DNA of 64,000 nucleotides. Origin: Tubulanus polymorphus (lineage: Eukaryota; Animalia; Nemertea). This document shows positions 48,136 to 60,289 of this stretch, piece by piece (positions within the stretch are counted from its first letter, which is position 1; each line of letters begins with the position of its first letter). Below the pieces are notes generated by a model. It had not been told where the DNA came from, searched no databases, and saw nothing but the letters and a program-made list of their open reading frames with translations. Location of the stretch: the NCBI RefSeq assembly GCF_964204645.1, contig NC_134034.1, forward strand, positions 7,104,914 to 7,168,913, in the 5' to 3' direction. A program made the position numbers and the translations under genes.

Positions 48136-48852
48136 ATGTCATACAGATCAAGAACTCCACCATCTACTCCAAATCTAACGCAAGAAAGTGAGGAGCCAGA
48201 ATGTATGGATGTCAACACGCCATCATCACAAGAAACTGTAATAGATATAGAAGAAAAAAATATCGAAAAACTCAGGAAACATATGGATTATTATAAACAT
48301 TTAGTGTCAATTTTGGACGAAGTAATTACAACCAAACAATCAAAGATACAAGAATTACCAAAAATACCAACGCCAAGTTTAAAAACATTATTAGGACTTA
48401 AAGAAAATATAATCAAATTGAGCGGTTATGGACTACACGAATATTTAAAATCAAAATTATTGGATCATAGAGATTTATCGAACTTTAGTGAAATAGACGT
48501 GCATTTATTTTCGGAAATTAGTGGATTTCTGATAAGCGAGTATGAAAAGTTGTTAACTAAACAAACAAATCATCTTTGGGATTTTATAATTTTTGGGAAT
48601 TCCTTGAATAAAGGGTTTGTTCTTTTTCATTCGACTCAAACTATAAATATTTCATGGGCTAATTGGGTTAAAGAAAATATACATATTAGTGTCGGGTATG
48701 AAAGAAAACTTAGAGGGATTGGGAAACTATATTCATTAAAAAAATTTCAATTATTGGGTTAACCATTTCCTACCGTTATTAATCATTTGGCAGAAATCGA
48801 AAAAATGTTTGAAAATTACCCCGAAATCAAAGAATTCTGGTCGGAATTATAA
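48136..48852 (+). pseudogene. Polinton hypothetical protein; stop at 48760
   Basis: 208-aa ORF. Homology to the 26352 gene continues to EFWSEL at 48852. Confidence 0.65.
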
Positions 48853-49522
48853 AATCCTGATGATGATTTGTTTGTTTAGTTAACAATTTTTCATACTATA
48901 TAGATTTTTTGTATTTGTATTATATTTACCCTAATTGCATTTTCTATTATTCTCAATTCAGCTATTGTTAATATCGCAGTGACAGATGTTGTATTGTACT
49001 TTATTGATTCCTGCATTCCACGATTACCTTACCGCTCCTCTCAGGAGCGGCTTGGAATGTGGAAATCGATAATGATTGTAGAATAAAATATATTTGTGTT
49101 TATGAAATAGTATTTCCACCAGTCGTTTCTTTGAATTTATTTTCAGTTTTAGGATTTATTATCGAGAATCCGAAATGACTTATCTGGACAGTTATAATTA
49201 CTGCTCCTAATAGATAGACAATAGTAGTGAGATATTAAATCCTAATTTAAATAAAATATAATAAAAAAACAATAACTTCAACTAGCTAGTGAATTCTATT
49301 ATATTTTTAATATTTTGTTATTTTTAATATTAATTTAATTTAATATTATTTTTCAAAAAGAGAATACTTTATATTTTGAATAGATTCAAATAGAAATTCT
49401 TTAAATTCAAATAGCTAGAATCAGTAGTCAATACTAGAATTCTTTAACTTTAACTATCTAGTATCATTTTATAATACTTATAATACTTATAATATTTTTC
49501 TTATTAAATTTCTTTAATATAA

Positions 49523-50104
49523 ATGTCAAAGAAATCTAATAAGAATAGTATTGATATTGAAAAAACATTAGATGATTTGGGCATTAGTGATAATAAGGAT
49601 CCAGTTGTTTCTAATTCTATTCAAGTTAATAACAATATTGATTATGAATACTATTTATATTGTAAACACCATCTTGAGTTACTAATTGCTGGCGGGAAAT
49701 CTAAACAATTTTTAACTAAGACCATTACTTTTCAAGAACTAGACTCAATGAAACCCGATAAAGTAATAAAATATTTTAAGATTTATGAAGAAGCTAGATT
49801 AGCTAGAATAAATGATTCTATTTCAGATGGTATTGTCAAATGTTATTCTTTAGTTATGTAACCAGTTAATACCAATTGATGATGAAAATAAATCATATAG
49901 TGATTTGAAAAATGACTATTTATGACTGAATTACAAAAATGGGTTGGTTATGCTTCATTTCAATTAGGATCGGTTATGACATTAATTTCTACTGGCGTCA
50001 TAACATTTTCGAACATCAAACCTATGGAATATAAATCAGGTAAGAACGAAACAGATGTACTACAACCAAACGTCGAAACAGAAAATGAATCAGAACAAAA
50101 ATAA
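49523..50104 (+). pseudogene. MSKKS-family hypothetical protein, frameshifted
   Basis: Homologue of 27945-28553. Confidence 0.78.
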
Positions 50105-50109
50105 AATAA

Positions 50110-50478
50110 ATGAGTGATGGAGTTAAAAAAAAGGTTAGATCCGAGAAACAAATTATATGGGCAAGAGAATTAGGTAAAAGATCTGCAGAATTAAAAAAAG
50201 CTAAGAAAAAGAAATTAACTGATATAAATGAATCACAGAAATTATCTGATATTGATTCAAATAATAATCCATCAGATTCTTCTAATGCTGGAAGTAATAA
50301 TACATTATATATTACAATTGGATTAGTAACAGTTATTATATTATCCGGTGTAATATATAAATCAAAATTCAAATCTGATGATAAAGATAATTCCAATGAT
50401 GATAAACCTATTATATCAGAAAATACGTCAAATCATAAAGCCATTGAAACTAAATCTAAATTATTATTAATGGATTAA
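50110..50478 (+). CDS. Small basic protein with one TM helix
   Basis: K-rich N-terminus, then LYITIGLVTVIILSGVIY. Confidence 0.75.
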   Translation: MSDGVKKKVRSEKQIIWARELGKRSAELKKAKKKKLTDINESQKLSDIDSNNNPSDSSNAGSNNTLYITIGLVTVIILSGVIYKSKFKSDDKDNSNDDKPIISENTSNHKAIETKSKLLLMD

Positions 50479-50484
50479 AATAAG

Positions 50485-51063
50485 ATGAAAAAAGAACAAT
50501 ATTTAAGAGAGTTATATTATAACCCAGAAAGTGAAGTATCATATTCTAACGTTTCAGAATTATAGAATAAAATTAAATCTGATAATGAAAATGGTGCCGC
50601 ACGGCACCCACATGGTGATATAAAATATAGTGAACTAAGATTATGGTTACAAAATCAACCAACATATCAAATCCACAAGAAAATGGATAAAACTTATTTA
50701 ACAAGAAAAGTTATGGTTTCATATATCGATCAACAATGGCAAGCAGATTTAATTGACATGAAGAACTTAGAAGAATACAACAAAGGATATTTCTGGATAC
50801 TGAATGTTATAGACATATTCAGTAGATACGCATGGTCAATTCCATAAACTAGAAGATCTAAAGATGAAGAATTATTAGGTTACTTCTATGAACAAGAATT
50901 ATCACTTGTACCAAACCCAGATGAAATAGAATACAAAATAGAAAAAGTATTGAAAACAAAAACTCTTAAAGGAAAAAAGTATTCTTTGGTGAAATATAAA
51001 GTATATGATGATAAATTTAATGAATGGATTTTATCTAGTAAAATTAAAAGAATAAATGAATAA
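50485..51063 (+). pseudogene. rve integrase with most of the catalytic core deleted at ~50843
   Basis: AWSIP is joined directly to KLEDL. Chromodomain retained. Confidence 0.88.
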
Positions 51064-51668
51064 AGATTTATTTATATTTGAACCGCATTATATGTTAGTT
51101 ACTGGAGTAACAAACTGTGGTAAAACACATTTCATATTAGATTTGTTAGAAACTATTTATAAGAATCATTTTGATAATATAATATTATTCTGTCCTACTT
51201 ATATAATGAATAAAACATATAATAGAGATATAGTTAAGATAAAAAAGTTTATTATATTAAATCCTAAAACAGTAAAAGAAAATTTAGATAATTGTATAAA
51301 AAATAGCAATTGACACTTATAAAGGATCAAAAACATTATCCATTGTAGATGATTGCGCAAATTTACATGATTCAAAAGTGAGAGAAAGTGAGTTATGTTA
51401 TTTAGCTTTCTCTGGAAGACATTTTGGGATAACAACATGGGTTTTAAATCAAAAATATAATTCAATTGTTAAAGACTTTAGGGAGAATATAAGATTTCTA
51501 GTTTTATTCTACAATAAAGATAGAAAATCTATGCAACAATCATTGGAAGAAAATCAAATTATACCTACTGAGTTAAATGATGAATATATGAATAAATTAA
51601 AGAATAATAAAGGTTCAAAATTATTACTGAGACTACAATTTCCCTATGAATATAAGTTTATAGAATAA
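51056..51668 (+). pseudogene. A32/FtsK-type packaging ATPase, one frameshift near 51300
   Basis: Walker A VTGVTNCGKT, Walker B SIVDD, SGRHFG and LNQKY. Confidence 0.92.
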
Positions 51669-51730
51669 CTATTTATATATCTATATATCTATTCTATAAG
51701 AGCTTACACTTACACTTTTTTATTGAATAA

Positions 51731-51798
<68 letters not shown>

Positions 51799-51878
51799 CC
51801 CTTCGACCTTTGGCCTGAAAGCCTATTACTCCTGTTCTCCTCTTAATAAATACCCTTGTTTTTAGTCAATATCTCACA

Positions 51879-51913
51879 CCTGGCGATGATCTCTAGTGTG
51901 AGATCGAAACGCC
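51879..51913 (+). ncRNA. Degenerate minimal hammerhead ribozyme of the Penelope-like 3' repeat
   Basis: CTGGCGA (cf. CUGANGA), then stem GATCTC/GAGATC, then GAAAC. It lies just 3' of the PLE ORF once the Polinton is removed. Confidence 0.55.
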
Positions 51914-52682
51914 ATGTTCTTACATTTTAGATTATTTCAATAAATAATTCTCGATTTTAGATTTCTTTTAATTTTTAAATAGTGGGTTTTACCTTACATC
52001 TGATAATATTATCATTTTTTATGCATGTTGCTTGCTAAAAGTCACGAATTATGTCATTTTATATGTAGGTACGCAGCTTAGTAAAAGTCACAGATTATTC
52101 AAGATGAATATTGATATGATATGATATGATTTATTTGCATAAAAGATTGTTACAGAGTTTACAAATGAATACACAATATATGGAAAACAATGTACCAATA
52201 AATTATGCGAGGAATTAGGGAAAGACAACACGGAAAATTTGAAATTTTTGAAACGATTTAAGCTTTTCAAAATCAGAATATTGAAGTATTTTATTAAATG
52301 TTGCTGTTAGCAAGGGGGACATTTACCTACAGGATATTTTTACCGGGGAGATATTTACTGGGGTATTTTTCCGAAAATAAACCATTTTAATGACAAAAAT
52401 AATCAAAAATCATGTTGACCTATACTTGAAAAAGTTGCAATTTATCTTCCAATTGAATTTTCATTAAATTATTGCCATGACATAAAGGCAATTTCGATCA
52501 ATCTTAAAACTTCAAAACTTATCACATTATACAAACAGATTTAGCTCGATGGTTATCGGTTAGAGTTTTATCGCTCATATATTTCATATCCTCAAAGAGC
52601 ATATTCAGAATATTTTAACTGCCCTGAAAACTATATAGCGTTTGCATACAGTTTTGCACTACTGTTTATACGCTGTTTATAT

Positions 52683-53293
52683 TGTCACGTATCACTGCAA
52701 ATCTGAAGCATATGTCGCTATTTATAACAGGGAATCTGGCAAGCGAATCCAAACTGAAAAGAAGACGCTTTTGGAGAGTGCATGATCGCGGGGGGGGGGC
52801 AGACTTGAAATAAATGCCATTGAGTAATTCAGTAAAATGTTCCAGAATCTAGCTTTTGGAGAAAGGGCCACAGGTGCATAAGGCACAAAAGGCGTGTGGT
52901 CTTTGTGGTCTTTCTTAGTTGAAATTAGGAATGGTATATGCTCACAATTTCAGGCATGTTTTATGTAAAAAGGATAATAACGATTACAATAGATTCAATG
53001 AGGCTAAGATTATCTAATGTATGAAATGAAGGATAAAATCTATCTAAGCCCACGAACTGTTGAAGAATTTCAGAATGTAACGCTATGCAGAAATACGCCA
53101 ATAACGGTTTTACACTGGTATCCTTTAACAGCAGGCGATGAAAAACATTATGTTCAAGCGTCAGAAAAATGGATGAGGGCCTGGCCCCATGTCTCTGTAT
53201 TGTTCTCTGAATCCAAGAACGTCTATCGCACATTTGAGCCTAAACGTCTACTTTTACTTAGTAGCCACTTATGATTTGCGGTGATACGTGACA
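52683..53293. mobile_element. MITE with TGT...ACA termini (Ginger-like); a solo left end at 55572
   Basis: TGTCACGTATCACTGCAAATC / GATTTGCGGTGATACGTGACA, flanks ATAT/ACAT (imperfect 4-bp TSD). Confidence 0.65.
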
Positions 53294-56200
53294 ACATGAA
53301 CATATTGAGAAACTAGTGGAAAATTCTATACCCACAATATAGTTTGGGATATAGTTGTATTTTGAGTGTCTCAGTTAAGCTCTGAAGATAGTCTAACCAA
53401 TAAAAATCGAGATTGGAGTAAATAGTTTACAAATTGTCATTGGTTATGGAGTTTTACGATGAATCGAAATTTCCTTCTTTTTGTGGCGATATTAGTTTAA
53501 TGCAGAATTCGATTTTAACAAATGCAGCTATTTTCAAACATGTCTGCATTCATATTTTGATTTAATTTCTTAAATTAGAAGCGTAATCATAAATTCAGGC
53601 TAACCTCTCATTATTGAAATGGTGGTTTATTTTCAACGGGAGTCTGGATGTCTTTGCATCATAAATTTAGATGTGCATTTTGGAGTGTTCGAACCTCCCA
53701 TGATTTTATATTAATTTCGCTGAAATGTTGATTTAAAGAAATAAAATATGCCGTATCTATAATAGATTTATGTGGATCTATCAATGCATTCTAAAGAAAT
53801 CTTCCGAACTGAGGCCGAATTTAATAGAAATAAGAAATTTCGTATAGTATTCAAGATTTCATTTGGATTACGGTAACGGCTTTTGGTGATCTTCACCGTG
53901 AGGTGATGAATGAAGAAATACCGTGATAGAACTCTTAATATGATAACATGTGTTGAGATGAAACTGCAACGTTTTGACTGTTGACTAACAGCCATCATCC
54001 GGTGGAATGTATGTGACATTCCAGTGATTTGAGCTTTAAGTCAGATGAAAATCCGAACGTTGTTGCGGTTTAATTTTGATAATTAAATGTCATCGTATAA
54101 AATTTTATTGCAGAATTTCTTCATTTATCGGATTAGTGTTCTATTCGACTACTTCGGGTAATGTAGTCGTTTAGATAGAAAATTATTACTTGTCGCCACG
54201 GAAGGTATATGCAACCGTGTCAGTCGCTACGGGAGAGATTCTCTGTATATTGGCATCTTAAATCGGCACCTTTGTTGGTCATAGCCTGTATTCACTTACA
54301 ATCTAACGAATTGGTAACGTTATTCTTACCATGAATGCCTTTTTGTCGTAGAATGTGGTGCCACTGATATAAAAGTAGTTTTTATTCTACGATAATTTGA
54401 GAAAATGAGTTATATTGGAAAAAAAACTGCTAAAGTACCTAAAGTACTGCTAAATTCAGCGATTCATTGGCATTTTATTTCATTGGCATCTTCAAATAGA
54501 GTTTTGAGGTGCTAAGTTTATTACTATTAAGAGGTCATTATTTTTGGTGGTCAGTGCAGTTTGTTTATTCGTTCATCAATCACTGTCTCGTTAGCCAGTG
54601 TAATTCACCTGTTGACTGATAGCTGCTGCTGGGCTTTTGATAACCTATACAAACAATTTACTCAACAAAGTAGGAAAGCATGTGAAACTGAAATTTCAGC
54701 CTTGCATTCTTTTACTTAGACCAGAGGAGGTTTTTTATCAAATTGGAATAACTGATTTCAAAACTACGTGAACATCTCAACTGAATTTATTTCAGTATTT
54801 ATTCAATCAATAATGATAATTGTTAGGCTTATTCTCACTAGCATACCCTCAGTGAGTAATGGGTATTAGATTATAATATAATGCACTATTATTTTGATCT
54901 TATATTAGAAGTTGTAATATCATTTCAACCAAACTGTTTAACTATGAAATGAAATTTCGGTTAAGGTATCAATTCTAACAAGCATTAAAGGGTTCAATAT
55001 TCATAAACGAACAAGCAGAGAACAGCGTGACAAAGTGAACATCACATGGATTACTTAAAAATTGATTGTATCGAAATAAACAATAATTGTAGGTTAATTC
55101 TAAGTATTTTAGATACATTTTTTGGGAAAATTTTTTGTTGTCTTTCATCCAAGTAAAGAGATCTAAAGACATAATCCATTTCATGAACATATGATTTTAT
55201 TTGTATCTTCGTCTCTCATATATCCTTGAAGACAAATGAAGCCAAATTCAAAAAAGACAACTTCATTTCTACAGAATCAAAGATTTATGACAGTATGAAT
55301 GCACCAGCATGTTTTATAATCGCAAATATAAAACAAAAATCATAAAATTCTAAATTAGATCTGGCACAATACTTGTTTTAACGGATTTAATCCATAATGA
55401 TGTTATATAAATCAATAGTTTTCCTATTGGTTATTCCCATTTTGTTGAGCGTGATATAATTTAGGGGGTTCTTAGCAACTCAGAAACTAGGATTTCTATT
55501 GACAGAACTGTATTCAAATCATACAGAGTTCTGTATACAAAGCATATGGGGTTTAACAGTATCTTTGACCCTGTCACGTATCACTGCAAATCTTAAACAG
55601 ATGTGGCTATTTTGAACAGGAAATTACTGTGCCATCTCAAAATGGTCAATTTTTCACTAGTTGACTTTTAGAAACGATGTGTTTTGAGAGTAGCTATTGT
55701 GGTAGGAGTTACTATCACTAAGTCGCTGTTTACAATCGGTTGGTTACAGTCACATCTACTGCCAGTGTGCACTATCAAAATGCTAGCACACTAGCACATC
55801 AGATGTTTTACAACAGTCACTTTTCAGCAGTAGACTCTTTCAAACAGCTACTGTGGAAAACCAACTGAATTGAAAGGTAGACTATTTCGGCGTCATTTAT
55901 TTGTTATTTGTGATTACATCCAGCAGTCAAATGATTTCATTTCAATCGTTGCCTCAACTTACAATCGTCACGATTTTTTGTATATTTTTCTGTCATATCT
56001 GAAACTCGGGTCCCCAGGGCGAATCACAATTAAAGCCGTGAGACTACATCGGAGTACCGATGACGTAAGCCGAAAGTCGTTACCGCTCTCCGCAAAATAC
56101 ATTCGTTACCGTAATCCAACTGAATTTTTATAGAATATATGTAATGAAATTTATCAATGAATCGGTCAAATGAAACATTTTCTTTAGAATATGTAAAATA

Positions 56201-56831
56201 TGTAAAACGATTCAGTGATTCAGCGAAGTTCGGAACACCCCCCAAAAATGCACATCTGACTCCAATTCTATATAAATTGTCATCCGATTCTAGAAACGTT
56301 TTCGTATCAATCATGGCAATTGTGCAATATAAGTATAAGGCTCGCACTTAAACTTCTTTTAAACCCTTAATTCGGAATGTGTACGATGTACATTTCTAAC
56401 TGTTCAAGTCATTCCTCAATGATAGGAGACGTTTGACTGAAACACTTTTGGATTCCTCGTTAGTGAAAACTACAAATCAACCGACTGATATCGGACCAGC
56501 AATAACTTCAAAAACTGATCAAGTTAACTGACTGATCTTAATCTTGGATTAGTGAAAACTGCAAATATAATGCAGTGCACCGACCTAGGTTACAATATTG
56601 TAGCCTCGGTCAGTGTATGCAGATAAATCCGCGCAAGTCAACCGACCTAGGTTACGATATTGTAGCCTCGGTCAGTGTTCCACTGATAAATCATACATTT
56701 GCCTCAACCTAGTCTGCCAGGTTACTTATTGCTTTGTCTTTATCCTGACCCAATCATAACCGTATTTCTTTTTTCAGCTTTACAACTGATTCCACGAATT
56801 TAATAATTCCATTTTCGAATAATAATGTGTT

Positions 56832-57152
56832 TATAGATGATTGTGCAAATTTACATGATTCAAAAGTGAGAGAGAGTTATGTTATCTAGCTTTCTCTGGG
56901 AGGCATTTTGGGATAACAACATGGGTTTTAAATCAAAAATATAATTCAATTGTTAAAGACTTTAGGGAGAATATAAGATTTCTAGTTTTATTTTGTAACA
57001 AAGATAAAAAATCTATGCAACAATCATTAGAAGAAAATCTAATTATACCTACTGAATTACATGATGAATATATGAATAAATTAAAGAACAATAAAGGTTC
57101 CAAATTATTACTGAGGCTTCAATTTCCATATGAATATAAATTTATAAAATAA
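56832..57152 (+). pseudogene. Packaging ATPase, 3' half of the gene split at 30250
   Basis: IDDCANLHDSK...SGRHFG...QFPYEYKFIK*. Confidence 0.9.
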
Positions 57153-57211
57153 CTATTCATATACCTATGTATTAGATACCCTATTAGATACCCTTATACC
57201 TGATACCCCCC

Positions 57212-57692
57212 TTATGTCTTTATTATCTTTAGTACTTTTAGTACCTTTAGTACATAAAGAATAAATCTTTATATTATCAATACTTTAAAAATAAAATAGA
57301 ACTACTAAACTACTAAAGATAATAAAGATAAGTTATGTCTTTATTATCTTTAGTACTCTTAGTACATAAAGAATAAATCTTTATTTTATTAGTACTTAGA
57401 AAAATAAATATATAAATAATTCTTATATATGATAAATCTATGATATTTATCATTATTGAAACAGTAATATATAATAGATATGTGTGATAAATAGATTTAA
57501 TTATTGAAACAGTGATATATAAAATCCATCAGATGAATAAATATAATTATTGAAACGGTAATATATATATTTATGTCTTTATTGTCTTAAGTAGTTTAGT
57601 AGTTTTAAAAATAATTTTATTCACTACTAATGAAATAAAGATTTATTCTTTATATACTAAAAGTACTAAGCCTACTAAAGACAATAAAGACA
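57212..57692. repeat. AT-rich hairpins and inverted repeats at the convergence point of the outer Polinton arms
   Basis: TATGTCTTTATTATCTTTAGTA...TACTAAAGATAATAAAGATA (57212-57331), a partial direct copy, and an inverted copy at ~57572-57692. Confidence 0.75.
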
Positions 57693-57718
57693 CACGGGTA
57701 TTATATTCATATTTTAAA

Positions 57719-58972
57719 TTAGTTTTCTGATTCTAATTCTAAAATCAATTTGAGTCGTGCAGTTTTTAATTCTTGTGATTTTCTTTCACCTTCAACTTCA
57801 CCTAATAGTTTAGTATGATAACTATCAACAGCATTCAAACCCTTAGCATCCAATTCATAAGTTAAATAAATATATTGGTTCAATTTGTCTTCACTTATAT
57901 TTTTATATTTATTTTTTGCATCATTTCTTATTTCATTTATAACATCCTGTGAAAAATCTTCATAACTGTAGTATTGAATTATTTCATCAAAGTTATCACT
58001 TTTATTATCATAATTATCATTAGCAGCAACTTTTTTCAATTCTGTTAAAAAATCTATATTTTTAAATTTTATGAAATAATGCATATCATTATAATCATCC
58101 GGAAATGATAGTATATATGTATGACGAGTTTTTAGATCTGATAATACTTGTTTTGGATTATTTCTTACATAATCGATAAAAATTGATCTATATAATTTCC
58201 TATGATAATTATTTTCGATATCAAAAAATACAGTTGGTACTATATAAAGGTATTTTGTATCAATAGCTTTTATTGTATGTTCAATAGAATTATCATGTTT
58301 AATTTTATCTTTAGGTAATACAACAACATTACACTTTTCACATATATTTCTTTCTATATTATCCAAATGTATTTGAGTTAATTTATGCTTTGAAAAATTA
58401 CTTCGACTTATATATTTATCACATTCTTCACAATATTTATCTTCTTTAACATTATCATTATCAATTTCACTATCATTATTAAATTCATTTATAGTCTTAT
58501 CCTTATTTTTCTTATGCTTGAGTGAATTAAGATGAGTTGCCCAATTCTTATAACTTTTATACTGTTTACATACGTCACAATATTTTTCATTTGTCTTTTT
58601 GGTTTTGATATCAGGTTCAATCTTATCACCATTCGATGTAGAAGGTATAACATTATCTTCTATTTTAGATTCAATATTTTCTTCTATTTTAGATTCAATA
58701 TTATCTTCTATTTTAGGTTCAATATTATCTTCTTTTTTTGTTTCAATATTATCTTCTATTTTATATTCAATATCATTCTTATCTTCTATTTTAGGTTCAA
58801 TATTATTTTCTTTTTTTTGTTTCAATATTCTTATCTATTTTACTTATTCTATATTTGAATTGATTAAAGTAATTTCCAAAATACTTACTGTATTCATCAT
58901 AAGGTAATATATAATATATATATCTGATATCATTTCACTTGGAGTTTGTATTTCATATATTCCACCTTCCAT
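57719..58972 (-). pseudogene. Zn-finger protein with 8-aa IE(P/S)KIEDN repeats; early stop, long ORF 57719-58825
   Basis: ATAAATG-GAAGGTGGA start at 58972 (MEGG, as in 45518), shared NVIPSTSN, and three CxxC...H...H fingers. Confidence 0.72.
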
Positions 58973-59021
58973 TTATTATATAAATTTTTATTAAAGTTAA
59001 AATTTTAATATTTCATAACAC

Positions 59022-60269
59022 TTAAAACATAACACTATTTAATTGAGAATTTACAATATTTAATTGCGCGTCAGATATAATATAAATGTGCATTTTGAAA
59101 CTTTTGATTCCTTTATTCTTTGTCATGAATAATTGTATTCCATCTTTAGTGTTCTGTAGTTTTTTTCCAGAACCATGTAATGAATTATCCTCTGTTGTTC
59201 TAAAATCTAACCATAATGCGTATTTATTACCTGTATAATAATCAATTTGATTAATATTACAATTTTCAGATGATTTTACTTTTTCATTCATAAAATGTTT
59301 TCTAATTTCTGGCCATTGATCAATCATTCTCATTCCTTGACAAAATATTTTATTTGCTATTCCTTCGATAGTTATTTCTACTTTTGATATTTAAGGATTA
59401 TAATAATTATCAACATTTATTGCACCATTAGTATATGTTGCAATGGTAAAAAATATTAATATACCTTTAATAGATCTTCTCGGGAAGTTAATATTCTCAT
59501 TAATTATTTCATCATTTGCATTGATAATTACGGTTTTAAATTTATCAATATTATCATATAATAATGAAAATCCTTGATTGTATTGAGTTTGAATTATACT
59601 TGAAATATTTTCATCAGTTACTGTATCATATTCTAAACATATATTCGATAATTTATAACCCATATCTTTATTAACGCTAGATATTACAATTTCATAAACA
59701 GGAGCAAATGTTATTTCGAATATAGCATCTTCTTGAATTGCGTATTTATATAAAGGTGCATTATTATTTATCAATTCAAAGTCTAATGGAATTTTATATT
59801 TGCTTCCATATATACTTTTTATCAATTTATCTATAGCATTAGTTAATATTGCGCTATTAGCTCCTGATCTTAATTTATTTTGGTTTTCTGATTGGATTCC
59901 TTGAAATATCATATTATTTCTATTTTCTTTAATTAACCATATATCTTTATAATGCATAATTAAATTATAATCATCTAATGAGAAAACTGTTTCTGGAACA
60001 ATCTTTATTGTTAATTTTTTAATGAAATATCTTCCAACATTATCAACAACATAATTATTATTATTACCGATTACTTTTATATCGGCTGATAAATAAATAC
60101 TATTTGGAACATAAAAATTATTTTGTGTTAATCGAGGAATTCTAACATATAAAGGTTCATCAGGATTAATATTAGAAGGGTTATGAGTAATTATATGATG
60201 TGATCTTTCTGGTTTAATAGCATTAGATATTCTATGATTCTTAGAAGGATTGATATAACTTCCACTCAT
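59022..60269 (-). pseudogene. Major capsid protein; stop at 59391
   Basis: Highly similar to 44238-45485. Confidence 0.78.
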
Positions 60270-60289
60270 TTATTTAACAAAAAAATTAA

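Noticed and set aside
52000-56500. Short ORFs (53017, 53768, 55870, 56030 and others) as a transposase or host exons
   Set aside because: No recognisable motifs. They cannot be supported without a spliced homology search.
58532-58907. Plus-strand hydrophobic repeat ORFs
   Set aside because: Antisense shadows of the 24-bp repeats in the minus-strand gene.
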